From an uncultured bacterium (lineage in GTDB: Bacteria > Patescibacteriota > Minisyncoccia > UBA6257 > GWB1-50-10), in the NCBI GenBank assembly GCA_963713955.1, contig OY970216.1, forward strand, positions 637,483-701,482: 64,000 nucleotides of DNA. The letters are read 5' to 3'. The notes under the pieces were generated by a model. The model had not been told where the DNA came from and did no database searches. It worked only from the letters and a program-made list of their open reading frames with translations. The position numbers and the translations under genes are program-made. How positions within the stretch are numbered: position 1 is the stretch's first letter; every line of letters starts with the position of its first letter. Shown here piece by piece: positions 17,377-26,151 of the stretch.

Positions 17377-17925
17377 TTACTTCACCTCGAACGGCAATAC
17401 AGCAACTAAGACGTTTTCAATGTAAAGCTTGTACTCGTACTTTCCGGCTGATTGGGTTAAATTCTCACAACCCCCGCTGCCGCCGGCTTTGAGCTCCATC
17501 GGGAAAACCGTCTTCGGCTCACTATAACTCTTCGCCACTGTGTCGTATATCGCCGTTGCAATGCTCCCGGACGGAATCGTCTTCTTGAGTTGCATCATCG
17601 TGCAGAATTGATCCGCTCCACTCGTAAACGCGTTAGTTTCCACGGGGAAACCATCAGCACCGATTTTCTTGCCTACCGCCATCTTCCCCAGATAGATGCT
17701 GCTCAGATATTCGTCGAACTTCGCCTGATTTGGCTGCTCCGAGAGCGGTTCGTTGGCGGCCGCAGGTGCAGGCGTGGTCGCACTCGGAGTCGAAACTTCC
17801 GGCGTTTGGCCGATATTCTGCTCCGTAGACGGGCCTCCCTTGCTTCCCATGAAATAAGCCACCATCGCCACAATCACAACGACGAGGATTACAATGACTA
17901 TGTAGAGAACTTTCTTATTATTCAT
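17377..17925 (-). CDS. Hypothetical membrane-anchored extracytoplasmic protein
   Basis: N-terminal TM helix VLYIVIVILVVVIVAMVAYF, Pro/Thr/Ala linker, ~120-aa C-terminal domain. Confidence 0.5.
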   Translation of the reverse strand: MNNKKVLYIVIVILVVVIVAMVAYFMGSKGGPSTEQNIGQTPEVSTPSATTPAPAAANEPLSEQPNQAKFDEYLSSIYLGKMAVGKKIGADGFPVETNAFTSGADQFCTMMQLKKTIPSGSIATAIYDTVAKSYSEPKTVFPMELKAGGSGGCENLTQSAGKYEYKLYIENVLVAVLPFEVK

Positions 17926-17958
17926 ATTGACCCCCTCTTCAATCGGCCTTTTTGATAA

Positions 17959-18357
17959 TTATACCACTATTTTCCTCAATATTTTCCTGTCGTATTCGTT
18001 GGAAAGTTGACCCTCACTGTCGACCCACATGATGCCTTCTGCCTCAAGCGGTTTCGGCTCGCTGTTCCACTCTTTCACGAGATACACGAAAGATGAACAC
18101 CCGTCGTCATATAAAAACTCCCCGATGAAAATCGGGTTTTTCACTTTGACTCCCAGCTCTTCTTCCATTTCCCTCACAAGAGTCACCTCGGGAATTTCTC
18201 CTTTTTCAATCAATCCACCGGGGAACGTGACAAGCCCGGCGAAATGATCTTCCTGGATTCCGCGCTTCTCCGCCAGAAACTTCCCGTTCCTGCTCAAAAC
18301 CCCTACCGCGAATTTCTTTACTTCCAACACTTCGAATTTATTATAGCAAAGTCCCAC
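17959..18357 (-). CDS. NUDIX hydrolase
   Basis: Nudix box GGLIEKGEIPEVTLVREMEEELGV. Confidence 0.85.
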   Translation of the reverse strand: MGLCYNKFEVLEVKKFAVGVLSRNGKFLAEKRGIQEDHFAGLVTFPGGLIEKGEIPEVTLVREMEEELGVKVKNPIFIGEFLYDDGCSSFVYLVKEWNSEPKPLEAEGIMWVDSEGQLSNEYDRKILRKIVV

Positions 18358-18408
18358 CGATATCCGTTATTCGGTGGGACGCAACTTTGCACAAGATCAC
18401 CCCATAGG

Positions 18409-18585
18409 TTAAGGAGTTTCCTCTTTGGCCTTCGCCTCAGCCTCATCCAAGAGCTTATTCAGATAATCCCTGAGATCCCTTAGATTCTCGACCGTGTTCT
18501 CGCACGGTCTTTCGGCTTGGCCACGGATCCCCACGTCTTCTACCTCGAACCCCTTACCCCCATCCTGAGTTATAAGTATTCTCAT
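18409..18585 (-). CDS. Possible small protein (58 aa), below the ORF-track cutoff
   Basis: MRILITQDGGKGFEVEDVGIRGQAERPCENTVENLRDLRDYLNKLLDEAEAKAKEETP, with AAGGAG 7 nt upstream of the ATG. Confidence 0.3.
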   Translation of the reverse strand: MRILITQDGGKGFEVEDVGIRGQAERPCENTVENLRDLRDYLNKLLDEAEAKAKEETP

Positions 18586-18886
18586 CTCTTCTTTCTCCTT
18601 ATGCTTTTATCAACGGTTTTGTTTTACAGAAACCAGCGCTATCCTCGTGCTTTGGTTATAAGTCACACTCTCCCATTAGTCAACACGGTGACTGATAACT
18701 TCAAGCAACCTCCGCGTTGTAGCATTCCTCGCAGTACACAATCTCCTTCCTGTCGGGAGCGTATGTCGTCTCGAAGATGACTCACAATTTTGGCAAATTT
18801 TTTGCTCGGCGGCCATGTAAAGATTATACCCCTTATGAAAGAGCGAAGTCGTCGATGTCATCGGCGACTTGTGAAACAATGAAGAT

Positions 18887-19004
18887 CCCTTGGGAGCCGA
18901 TTCTCCTCTTACTCCGGCAACATTAAGAGTAAGGGAGATCGGCTTTCCGAACCAGGAAGGCGGTAGGGTGATCGGCTGTCCACCCTCCCAATTCCATCCA
19001 AGGG
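18887..19004. ncRNA. Candidate structured RNA / nested-palindrome element of unknown class inside a 550-nt non-coding gap
   Basis: Closing helix cccttgg...ccaaggg; internal 17-20-bp hairpin gccgattctcctcttactc/gagtaagggagatcggc; second hairpin agggtg..caccct. Confidence 0.3.
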
Positions 19005-19070
19005 TACAAAAAAGGCACATGTGAAAAGAACGTCTTTCCATAGTGCCATGATCGACAAAGCACTGTCAAC

Positions 19071-19129
19071 AAAAAGGGCTCTCGGTACTAAAAGTTCACC
19101 TGCCGATGAGGTAGGTCCCTCAGGAGCCC
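19071..19129 (-). terminator. Possible terminator downstream of tspO (GGGCUC..GAGCCC + U5)
   Basis: Minus-strand stem with a long loop followed by UUUUU. Confidence 0.3.
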
Positions 19130-19134
19130 AAATA

Positions 19135-19605
19135 TTAGTTCAAAAGCCAAATTGAAAGGTTCAAATAAGCCGCGAACGTCACCCAGAGGAGATACGGGAG
19201 GAGAGCCCACATCGCAGCGTGCGAGATTTTCCCGAACGCCATAATCGTTGCGACAATCGCGATCCAGAGAGCAATGACCGCGATGAAAGCGGCGAGAGGT
19301 GCATGGAGACCAAAGAAAATAACGGACCACAATATATTGAGAACGAGCTGGATTACGAAAACGCCGACGGCTTCTTTGACGCCCGCCGTTTTCCATCCCC
19401 TCCTCCAGACAAGGAAGAGTGCAATACCCATCAGAAAATATAAGAACGTCCAGACCGGACCAAAAAGCCACGCGGGCGGCATGAGCACGGGCTTCGTGAG
19501 AGAAGCATACCAGCCGGCAATGTTCGGCGTCGTGAAGATCGCACCGATTACCCCCGCGAGCTCGGAGATTCCCACATATACCACGAGCCCAATAATATTT
19601 TTCAT
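19135..19605 (-). CDS. tspO: TspO/MBR family tryptophan-rich sensory protein
   Basis: Start at MKNIIGL; PPAWLFGPVWTFLYFLMGIALFLVWRR and LLPYLLWVTFAAYLN are TspO hallmarks. Confidence 0.8.
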   Translation of the reverse strand: MKNIIGLVVYVGISELAGVIGAIFTTPNIAGWYASLTKPVLMPPAWLFGPVWTFLYFLMGIALFLVWRRGWKTAGVKEAVGVFVIQLVLNILWSVIFFGLHAPLAAFIAVIALWIAIVATIMAFGKISHAAMWALLPYLLWVTFAAYLNLSIWLLN

Positions 19606-19687
19606 CGTCTTATCCTTAATCATCAGTCTTATTATATCTAAAAAGTTGAAAGGATTCTTCGGACAAACCTGAAGAACTCTTTCATTT

Positions 19688-20029
19688 TCAAACTGCATGG
19701 GACTGATTATTTTCCTCTCCTAGCCCAAGTTTCCTATCATCCCTCAAGAGGAACATTGCCATCGGCCCAAATGTAGCTGCGAGTACAACCCCCATCACCA
19801 CACGTGACAGAACCTTCTCCATAGATCCGTAGGAGGACCTTTCCTCCTTTAGCGCCTTTACAAATCCCCTCATCACAACGAACGCGGCATAGATCGATCC
19901 GACAGACCAGTAGATCGCCAATCCATAAAGAAACGGATTCTTAGAGAGGAAATTAAGGTGAAAAGGAATCAGGGTGAAAACCACAGCCGCCAGCAGGGCC
20001 ACCAGGTTAAATTTTTTCCAGTGCACCAT
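19688..20029 (-). CDS. Hypothetical small membrane protein (113 aa)
   Basis: Start at [23 protein letters not shown]. The upstream part of the track ORF is antisense to ybjQ-like and rejected. Confidence 0.45.
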   Translation of the reverse strand: MVHWKKFNLVALLAAVVFTLIPFHLNFLSKNPFLYGLAIYWSVGSIYAAFVVMRGFVKALKEERSSYGSMEKVLSRVVMGVVLAATFGPMAMFLLRDDRKLGLGEENNQSHAV

Positions 20030-20215
20030 TTCTTGACTCCCTTCTTTTTTTGTTTGTGTGCTTGCAAAAATAATGACACGCCCTATACCATTTGTCAAAG
20101 CGCAAGCGCCAGCCCTCGGGGCACGCGAACGCGCCCCGAGGGCCCAAAACCAATCGACCCTCAAGGACTCAAGTGCTACAATAACGGTATGGACAAAAGG
20201 ACAATAGACCATTCC

Positions 20216-20536
20216 ATGGTCACAACGGCTTTTGAACTCCCCAACTACCGCATTGTGAAAAACCTCGGCGTCGCGCGGGGCATCGTCGTCCGGTCGCGTT
20301 CGATCATCGGATCGATTGGCGCCGGCCTCCAGACGATCGTCGGCGGCAACATAACGCTGTTCAGCAAGCTCTGTGAACGGACCCGCGAGGATTCCTTCGA
20401 TATCATGCTGGATCACGCAGCTGCGATGGGAGCGAACGCCGTGATCGGTTTCCGTTACGACGCCACGCAGATCGGCGGCGGCATCACCGAGGTCCTCGCC
20501 TACGGCACCGCCGTCCTCGTGGAACCAAAAGCGTAA
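20216..20536 (+). CDS. YbjQ/UPF0145 family protein
   Basis: [60 protein letters not shown] matches the YbjQ consensus (MIVTTT..GYEI..LG.V.G..V). Alternative start at 20189. Confidence 0.8.
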   Translation: MVTTAFELPNYRIVKNLGVARGIVVRSRSIIGSIGAGLQTIVGGNITLFSKLCERTREDSFDIMLDHAAAMGANAVIGFRYDATQIGGGITEVLAYGTAVLVEPKA

Positions 20537-20544
20537 AAAAGGCT

Positions 20545-20584
20545 GGCCCTCGGGAGTCCTACGGATTCCCGAGGGCCTTTTATT
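20545..20584 (+). terminator. Rho-independent terminator after the ybjQ-like gene
   Basis: GGCCCUCGGGAGUCCUACGGAUUCCCGAGGGCC + UUUUAUU. Confidence 0.6.
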
Positions 20585-20639
20585 GATTTCCACACCCTGC
20601 ACCCCTGCCTCCTGCACGCGGAGACATGGCGCAGGCAGG

Positions 20640-21029
20640 TTATCCCCTCGTCACGACAACCCTCCTCTCCCGCGGCCCGTCGAACTCGATGAGCACCACT
20701 CGCTGCCACGTTCCCAAAACCAGCTTCCCGTTTTCGACCGGGAGCGTGAGCGACGTCCCGATGAGGGAGGAAAGAATGTGGTCCGGCACGTGCGCCGGAT
20801 TGTGCGGATGCCGGTAGTTCAGTTTCGGAATTAACTTCTCGAACGCATCCAGCATGTCGAGGTCCGTCCCCGGATCCAAATCAGCCGTCGTCAAAGCTGC
20901 CGTTGTGTGCGTGACAAAAACGTTCACCAAACCATCTTTCATTTTTTCCCCTCCTACGATTTCCTCCACCTGCCCCGTGATATCCACCACCTCCCGCTTC
21001 TTCTTCGTTTTGACGATCAATTCTTCCAT
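20640..21029 (-). CDS. YjbQ/UPF0047 family protein (secondary thiamine-phosphate synthase-like)
   Basis: Start at MEELIVKTKKK; VFVTHTTAALTTADLDPGTDLDMLDAFEKL..HNPAHVPDHILSSLIGTSLTLPVENGKLVLGTWQRVVLIEFDGPRERRVVV matches YjbQ. Confidence 0.8.
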   Translation of the reverse strand: MEELIVKTKKKREVVDITGQVEEIVGGEKMKDGLVNVFVTHTTAALTTADLDPGTDLDMLDAFEKLIPKLNYRHPHNPAHVPDHILSSLIGTSLTLPVENGKLVLGTWQRVVLIEFDGPRERRVVVTRG

Positions 21030-21033
21030 CTTT

Positions 21034-21309
21034 TTATTTCTTCTCGAGCTGGATGATCCAAAAGCCTTTTTCCTTGACGTCCTCGACGCTGTAGAACTGC
21101 AAGGGATTCCGGGCTGAGTGTTCAACTTTCTTGCATCCGAATTCCGCTGTGCGCCCCGTGTATTTTCCTGTCGCCGGATCGTACTCTTCAAAAACCAGCG
21201 TATCGCCGCTCTTCAAATCGAAATCCGCCAGTCTCAACTCGAACGTCCGGTCTCCCGAAACGAATTTCTCGAAGAACTCCGGCCAGCATTTTTTCTTTAT
21301 CGTCGCCAT
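21034..21309 (-). CDS. Hypothetical small protein (possibly ASCH/PUA-like)
   Basis: 91 aa beta-rich ORF; no firm motif. Confidence 0.4.
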   Translation of the reverse strand: MATIKKKCWPEFFEKFVSGDRTFELRLADFDLKSGDTLVFEEYDPATGKYTGRTAEFGCKKVEHSARNPLQFYSVEDVKEKGFWIIQLEKK

Positions 21310-21335
21310 GTTTTTATTCTATCACTCGCCGCCGA

Positions 21336-21420
21336 GTTATCCACAGATTTATGGAGAGCGGGAGGCCATATATTGGGAGATAACTCCGTTGCGGCTCCCG
21401 GTGCAAAGCCCCCGGGAGCC
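21336..21420. repeat. Intergenic repeat, family C copy 1 (gttatccacagatttatggagagcgggaggccatata..gataactccgttgcggctcccggtgc..cccgggagcc)
   Basis: Near-identical to 24298-24394; its 5' part recurs inverted at 31166-31196; the 3' hairpin recurs at 16273-16301 and 33153-33184. Confidence 0.65.
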
Positions 21421-21426
21421 CCAGAA

Positions 21427-22026
21427 TTAATTGAAATCAATCTTCTTGATTATTTTGTCCACCTGCCACCGCTTATTAACCCGGCAAAGATACATTTCCT
21501 TCGCGATGAACGAAAACCCAACGCCCTTCGTTCTTTCCCGAACCTCTAGGGCATCTCTGGGATTTTTCAAATACCCCATGCTGAAATGCGGGCTGAAACC
21601 GGTGGGACGGCCGTATTTCCCGAACTCCCGCAAGTCCTTTGCCGTCCAAGTTTTAAACGTGAGAAGCGGCATCGTCCCGGTTCTCAGCGGATGGATCCTT
21701 TCGAATACTTTCCTCTGCAAGGAAACCAGTGATCTCGTCCTTGCCACGGAAAATCCGACCGTCATTCCCCTCTTGACTTGAGAAGCGTGGAAATCGGCGA
21801 CGTTCACCGTGAAAGGTCTCAAATCCTCAGCTATCTTTTCGAGTTCTTCGGCTATTTTATTGATTCTCCCTCCGGCGGTATTGAGATGCCACAGGGAAAG
21901 ATGCGGAATCAGTTTAACGTTGTCGACCACGAACTCGGCCGGACACCCGGCGGTTTCTTTCCTCATCCTCCGGCCGATTTTCTCCCGCAACCCCGCCGGT
22001 GGCAATATGACCACATCCAGAAGCAT
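21427..22026 (-). CDS. 2H phosphoesterase superfamily protein (LigT-like RNA 2',3'-cyclic phosphodiesterase)
   Basis: Two H-x-[ST]-x motifs: PHLSLWHL and PHFSMGYL. Confidence 0.7.
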   Translation of the reverse strand: MLLDVVILPPAGLREKIGRRMRKETAGCPAEFVVDNVKLIPHLSLWHLNTAGGRINKIAEELEKIAEDLRPFTVNVADFHASQVKRGMTVGFSVARTRSLVSLQRKVFERIHPLRTGTMPLLTFKTWTAKDLREFGKYGRPTGFSPHFSMGYLKNPRDALEVRERTKGVGFSFIAKEMYLCRVNKRWQVDKIIKKIDFN

Positions 22027-22113
22027 ATTTTATCTTATCACAATCTCCCCGATTCCTTTCTCTTATTCGCTTATTCGCACGAATTAGAGATATGAGTGCG
22101 CGGGGGATTATTG

Positions 22114-22374
22114 TTATAAAAGCTCGATGATACGGCGGGCGGGCAATTTTTGAATCGATACCAACCGGTAGAACATCTGCAAGCTTCTTTGGTCCTTTTC
22201 GACCATATCCGCCGCCGACAGAATCCCGAGATGTTTGGATGTCGCCTTGAATGACAATTTGATCTCATGCGCGATTTCGCCGACGGGTGCTTCCTTGTTC
22301 TGCTTCAAATATTGCAGAATAGCCAACCGCCGCCGATTGGCCAACGCCTTCAATGTCCTCTCTAATTCCTTCAT
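22114..22374 (-). CDS. ArsR/SmtB family transcriptional regulator
   Basis: 86 aa; ANRRRLAILQYL..PVGEIAHEIKLSFKATSKHLGILSAADMV winged-helix signature. Confidence 0.8.
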   Translation of the reverse strand: MKELERTLKALANRRRLAILQYLKQNKEAPVGEIAHEIKLSFKATSKHLGILSAADMVEKDQRSLQMFYRLVSIQKLPARRIIELL

Positions 22375-22411
22375 CCCCTCTTACCCTTTTATTATATCAT
22401 CTTCCTCATCT

Positions 22412-22433
22412 AATTCTCTCATTCGCGCGAATT
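22412..22433. promoter_or_regulatory. Candidate ArsR operator (palindrome core ATTCGCGCGAAT); related half-palindrome at 22066-22087
   Basis: tctcattcgcgcgaattagaga between arsR and the divergent zinc-ribbon gene; ttattcgcacgaattagaga upstream of the LigT-like gene. Confidence 0.3.
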
Positions 22434-22545
22434 AGAGAACTTAAGAATGGACAAGGAGACCGCTAGCGTGGAAAAATGGACAAAAACCACGGCTCGTGGT
22501 AATACAAAACTAAATAAACAGCAATATTAAAAAGGAGAATAAGGT

Positions 22546-22797
22546 ATGAACTACTCAGCCAGAGGTCCGGAGCATATCCTCTATTGCGACGACTGCAACG
22601 AACCCCTCCGAATGATGGACCGCAGGGGGATCTACTGCCCCAAGTGCAAAGTAAGCGATTCCGGACGGAGTCCGAAATTCATTATGTCCTGCGTGGATTG
22701 CAATAAACCTCTGCAAGTCACAGAGGGCGGAGGGCTGTATTGCGAGCACTGCCTTTTCTATCCCAGCCTGCAGGATGTAGCACTCGAAGAGTGTTGA
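22546..22797 (+). CDS. Small protein with two tandem zinc-ribbon (CxxC..CxxC) modules
   Basis: YCDDCNEPL..GIYCPKCK and MSCVDCNKPL..GLYCEHC; AAAGGAG 8 nt upstream of the ATG; divergent from arsR. Confidence 0.55.
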   Translation: MNYSARGPEHILYCDDCNEPLRMMDRRGIYCPKCKVSDSGRSPKFIMSCVDCNKPLQVTEGGGLYCEHCLFYPSLQDVALEEC

Positions 22798-22820
22798 ACA
22801 TCCAGCCAGTATTCGCAACG

Positions 22821-22851
22821 AATACCCAACATCTGTTGGGTATTTTATTTT
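22821..22851 (+). terminator. Rho-independent terminator (possibly bidirectional) between the zinc-ribbon gene and pilin-like gene 1
   Basis: AAUACCCAACAUCUGUUGGGUAUU + UUAUUUU. Confidence 0.6.
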
Positions 22852-22978
22852 AGCTATTTCCTATCCCCTAAGCCCTAACTTCCACCTTCCCGCCGCCGCC
22901 CGCATAGGTTTTAGTTCTTGCTTTCAACAAAAATTTTTCGATTTCGGTTTTGGGCATTTTCTTATCCGCCTAAGTGCA

Positions 22979-24244
22979 CTACTTTTGAGCATTGTACATA
23001 GCCTGGATCTCAGCCGCAGACAATGCTCGATTATAGATGCGGACGTCGTCAAAAAGGCCATCCATCATCCATCCCGAAACACTTGAAATGCTGATGTTAT
23101 CCGAAGACAAAACATTCCCCGTCACCGAAGATATATTCACAGACCCTGATTGCTTTACTCCGTTCACGTAGACATATGCGAATCCCGCGGAACGATCGAA
23201 GACGATGGCGATATGAGCCCAGGTATTCTGAAGATCTGATGGCCGATACCCAGCGTCACATGCAACAAGTCCTGTCACTAAATTGGTACCATCATTGAAG
23301 TGGATGTTTATTCCTGTTGCACTATAGCTAGAATTGTCGATTGAATATCCAGGATGACCAGATTGATAAGAGTTACTGTTACCAATTGGGAAAAAGGCTC
23401 TTGGATAAACATAACTTCGGTGATAACCCCATCCCACGATCGTCAAACTTCCGGTTTGGGGATATAGGCTTGCATTGTTTCCAACGATCACATTATCATC
23501 CGTCCCATTGAAGTTCCCAGCGTATTGTCCCACCTTGCCTTGAGTATAGTAGGAACCATTGGTTATGGAACCAGACCACGTCCCCTGATTCCCATTCCCA
23601 CTCATATCATTAGGGTTTCCATCGAGGGGCCAGTAACCAACCAATCCATTCGTATTGAATAAGGGATTCAGGGAAAGGTTTGATCCATAAGCTATGACTC
23701 CAGGAATCATAGGAACCATAGGACTTCCTTCAATCTGAGACTTGTATTTCTGTGACTCAGGGAGACCGGTAAGTTCAAAGGAACCTCCCATGGTGTAGGT
23801 ATAGTAGAGGCCCGAACTCGTGGTGTTTATGGGATCAATAGGGAGCTTTGACAAAGGAGAACCTGATGAAATGAGGGTTAGATTGACGGGAATCCAGCCT
23901 GTTCCGTCTACCTTGGTTGAGGAAGAGCTTGGAACACAGTGATAACTCCAGCCTGTGGGAGGGGTAGGGAGACCCAAGGAGCCGCAGGTCGAAGAAGCGT
24001 TGTCGGGAACTGAGAGATAGAGGGTATTTGGAGTCCCTAAAGATTGACTCCACTCATCTGCCTGGAAGAGAGATAAAGCACTGTTTAAAGCTGCCAAGTC
24101 AGACAAACGAGTGGAATCTCTTCCCTGGGCCAGAAGCTGGGCAGGATTCAGGACGAGGACGACTGCGGTTGCGAGGACAGCAAGGATTGCTATCACAACC
24201 AGGAGCTCAATCAATGTAAAAGATTCTCTACTTCGCAGATTCAT
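22979..24244 (-). CDS. Prepilin-type N-terminal cleavage/methylation domain protein with C-terminal LamG (concanavalin A-like) domain, paralog 1
   Basis: Start at MNLRSRES|FTLIELLVVIAILAVLA (type IV pilin class III signal, Glu+5); C-terminal GLFDDVRIYNRALSAAEIQAMYNAQK (Laminin_G_3-type motif). The 51 upstream codons of the track ORF read through repeat C and are rejected. Confidence 0.8.
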   Translation of the reverse strand: MNLRSRESFTLIELLVVIAILAVLATAVVLVLNPAQLLAQGRDSTRLSDLAALNSALSLFQADEWSQSLGTPNTLYLSVPDNASSTCGSLGLPTPPTGWSYHCVPSSSSTKVDGTGWIPVNLTLISSGSPLSKLPIDPINTTSSGLYYTYTMGGSFELTGLPESQKYKSQIEGSPMVPMIPGVIAYGSNLSLNPLFNTNGLVGYWPLDGNPNDMSGNGNQGTWSGSITNGSYYTQGKVGQYAGNFNGTDDNVIVGNNASLYPQTGSLTIVGWGYHRSYVYPRAFFPIGNSNSYQSGHPGYSIDNSSYSATGINIHFNDGTNLVTGLVACDAGYRPSDLQNTWAHIAIVFDRSAGFAYVYVNGVKQSGSVNISSVTGNVLSSDNISISSVSGWMMDGLFDDVRIYNRALSAAEIQAMYNAQK

Positions 24245-24297
24245 TAGTTCAATTATAGCAGGAAAACGTCCTGCCTTTTTGTTCTGGGAGGAGAGTG

Positions 24298-24394
24298 TAG
24301 TTATCCACAGATTTATGGAGAGCGGGAAGCCATAATGAGAGCGGGAGGCCATATAATTGGGGGATAACTCCGTTGCGGCTCCCGGTGCGGAGTC
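24298..24394. repeat. Intergenic repeat, family C copy 2 (with an internal 20-nt duplication), just upstream of pilin-like gene 1
   Basis: agttatccacagatttatggagagcgggaagccataatgagagcgggaggccatataattgggggataactccgttgcggctcccggtgcggagtcc. Confidence 0.65.
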
Positions 24395-24463
24395 CAAATT
24401 TCTATTCCCTATCCCTCTAACCCGTCCGAGCCTTGAGGAGAAATCGAGTTAATGCATCTCTGT

Positions 24464-25255
24464 TCATAATTTGAATAACTTCTTCGCGTTTTTCCAGAAG
24501 ATCCTCTCCTTATCTCTCCCAGGGATCTTCAGCGAATTGATGAGATCGATATGTTCCTGGAAGCCGCATATAGCGTAGTCCGTTCCGAACAAGACGCTTT
24601 CCGGGTTGTCCCTCACGGTCCGTTCCAGAACATCCCTTATCTTATTCAGGCCGATTCTCCTCACCACTTCTTCGTCAGCGAGCCCGGAAGTGTCGAAATG
24701 GATATTCCTGAAACCTCTCGTCATGTCGTAGCAGTAGTCAACTTCCGGATAGAAATAGTGGGCGATGACGATCTTGAGATCCGGAAATTGTTTCGCGACT
24801 TCGACGATATGCTTCGGGTCGTTGTACTCCGCGGCCTCCGGGTGGTTCGGGTTCGAGCCGGTATGGATCACGATAGGGCGACCGTATTTCACGCAGAGTT
24901 TGTAAACGGGCATTAATCTCTCGTCCGTCGGATAGATCGGGTCGTGTCCCGGGAATATCTTGATGCCTCTTATCTTATCCTCCCTGAAAAGCCGGTCCAG
25001 CTTACCCATCCATTCCTTCCCGTCACTCCTCACGTCTATCGTTCCCAGGAGAAAAATATTTTTCTCGCTTTCGGTCAGCCTAAGGCATATATCCAGATCC
25101 CCTATTCCCGAACCGCGTATATTGTCGGGAATCATCACCGCGGCATCGATACCGCCATCCTTCATGTCGGAAAGAAGTTTCTTCTTTGCAACCTCGAAAT
25201 CAAAGCCCGAGCCGCTCTTCACAACAGGTAAGTGAACGTGTGCGTCTATTATCAT
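24464..25255 (-). CDS. Amidohydrolase-2 family metal-dependent hydrolase (TIM barrel)
   Basis: Start at MIIDAHVHLP (classic amidohydrolase HxH); ..VIHTGS.., ..IAHY.. further metal-ligand positions. Confidence 0.75.
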   Translation of the reverse strand: MIIDAHVHLPVVKSGSGFDFEVAKKKLLSDMKDGGIDAAVMIPDNIRGSGIGDLDICLRLTESEKNIFLLGTIDVRSDGKEWMGKLDRLFREDKIRGIKIFPGHDPIYPTDERLMPVYKLCVKYGRPIVIHTGSNPNHPEAAEYNDPKHIVEVAKQFPDLKIVIAHYFYPEVDYCYDMTRGFRNIHFDTSGLADEEVVRRIGLNKIRDVLERTVRDNPESVLFGTDYAICGFQEHIDLINSLKIPGRDKERIFWKNAKKLFKL

Positions 25256-25340
25256 ATTTTCATCCGGGCTTTCGATAAAAATTTTTCCAGTTCGGTTTTT
25301 ACAGCTGGAGGAGACATTTGTTCTAACTTTACTACTCCTG

Positions 25341-25613
25341 TTACTGCACCTCATTCTGAACTTCTTCAGACCCGACCGGAGCGGCAGGCACCTGTAGCGA
25401 TGATAGTTTTGTTCGTATAGACCCTAAAAGTGTATTGGTAACCTTGGAGATGTCACCTATTTCCTCCAGCAAGTTAACTATTTTATTTATTTTCCAATAC
25501 CAACAGAAAAACTCGCGCAAAATAATGAAAAGACATATCGCTATCACTATCCATGCTATAAAAACCAACGCGTTGGAACTGCTCACCAGTTGCCCAAAAA
25601 TAAATTGATTCAT
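25341..25613 (-). CDS. Hypothetical small membrane protein (island)
   Basis: 90 aa, one TM helix, AT-rich coding. Confidence 0.4.
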   Translation of the reverse strand: MNQFIFGQLVSSSNALVFIAWIVIAICLFIILREFFCWYWKINKIVNLLEEIGDISKVTNTLLGSIRTKLSSLQVPAAPVGSEEVQNEVQ

Positions 25614-25656
25614 ATTCAGTTTTTACCCCCTAACTTCCTCGACCTTTCAAAAACTA

Positions 25657-25992
25657 CTACTTCTTGGAGAAATTTTTATAAACCTTATTTATGAAGTAAG
25701 CAATGGCACCTAAAGAAATTACCTCTACCACTAACCCGGCCACAGGATTGATGCCACTAAGGAAAATGGATATAACTAATTGAATAATAGCTATTATCAA
25801 AAGAGCAATTGTAACAAACGTTAAAACCCTACTCCACCTTGTAGTATTTCCATCAAACTTCTCGATAGAATCCTTCAATCGTCGCATCATTTCAACTTGA
25901 GCACCTTGAGACTTGAGACCACTTGTTGTACCTATAACTGTCTCACTAGCCAAGTTTACCAATTCTTCGTCTTTTTTATTTTTAAATTCCAT
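25657..25992 (-). CDS. Hypothetical small membrane protein (island)
   Basis: 111 aa, two C-terminal TM helices. Confidence 0.4.
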   Translation of the reverse strand: MEFKNKKDEELVNLASETVIGTTSGLKSQGAQVEMMRRLKDSIEKFDGNTTRWSRVLTFVTIALLIIAIIQLVISIFLSGINPVAGLVVEVISLGAIAYFINKVYKNFSKK

Positions 25993-26151
25993 AATTTATC
26001 TCAATTATTTCTACAACTTCTATTGTTCTAGCTCCAATCTAACCACATTTCAAGGAAAAGCTGGGCCCGGGTCCTGCTTCCTGCCTGGGGCAACGTCTTC
26101 GCGGCCAACAATATTACCTAAGGTAAACTATTATGTTCTCGTTCCATAGTT

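Noticed and set aside
18600-18660. ACAGAAACCAGCGCUAUC resembling the RNase P P4 3' strand
   Set aside because: A bona fide rnpB with both P4 strands and P1 pairing is at 37995-38559. No complementary 5' P4 strand is near 18.6 kb, so it is a chance match.
24245-24397. 51-codon N-terminal extension of pilin-like gene 1 in the track ORF
   Set aside because: It is a read-through of repeat C. The mature pilin signal starts at MNLRSRES|F, as in the four paralogs.
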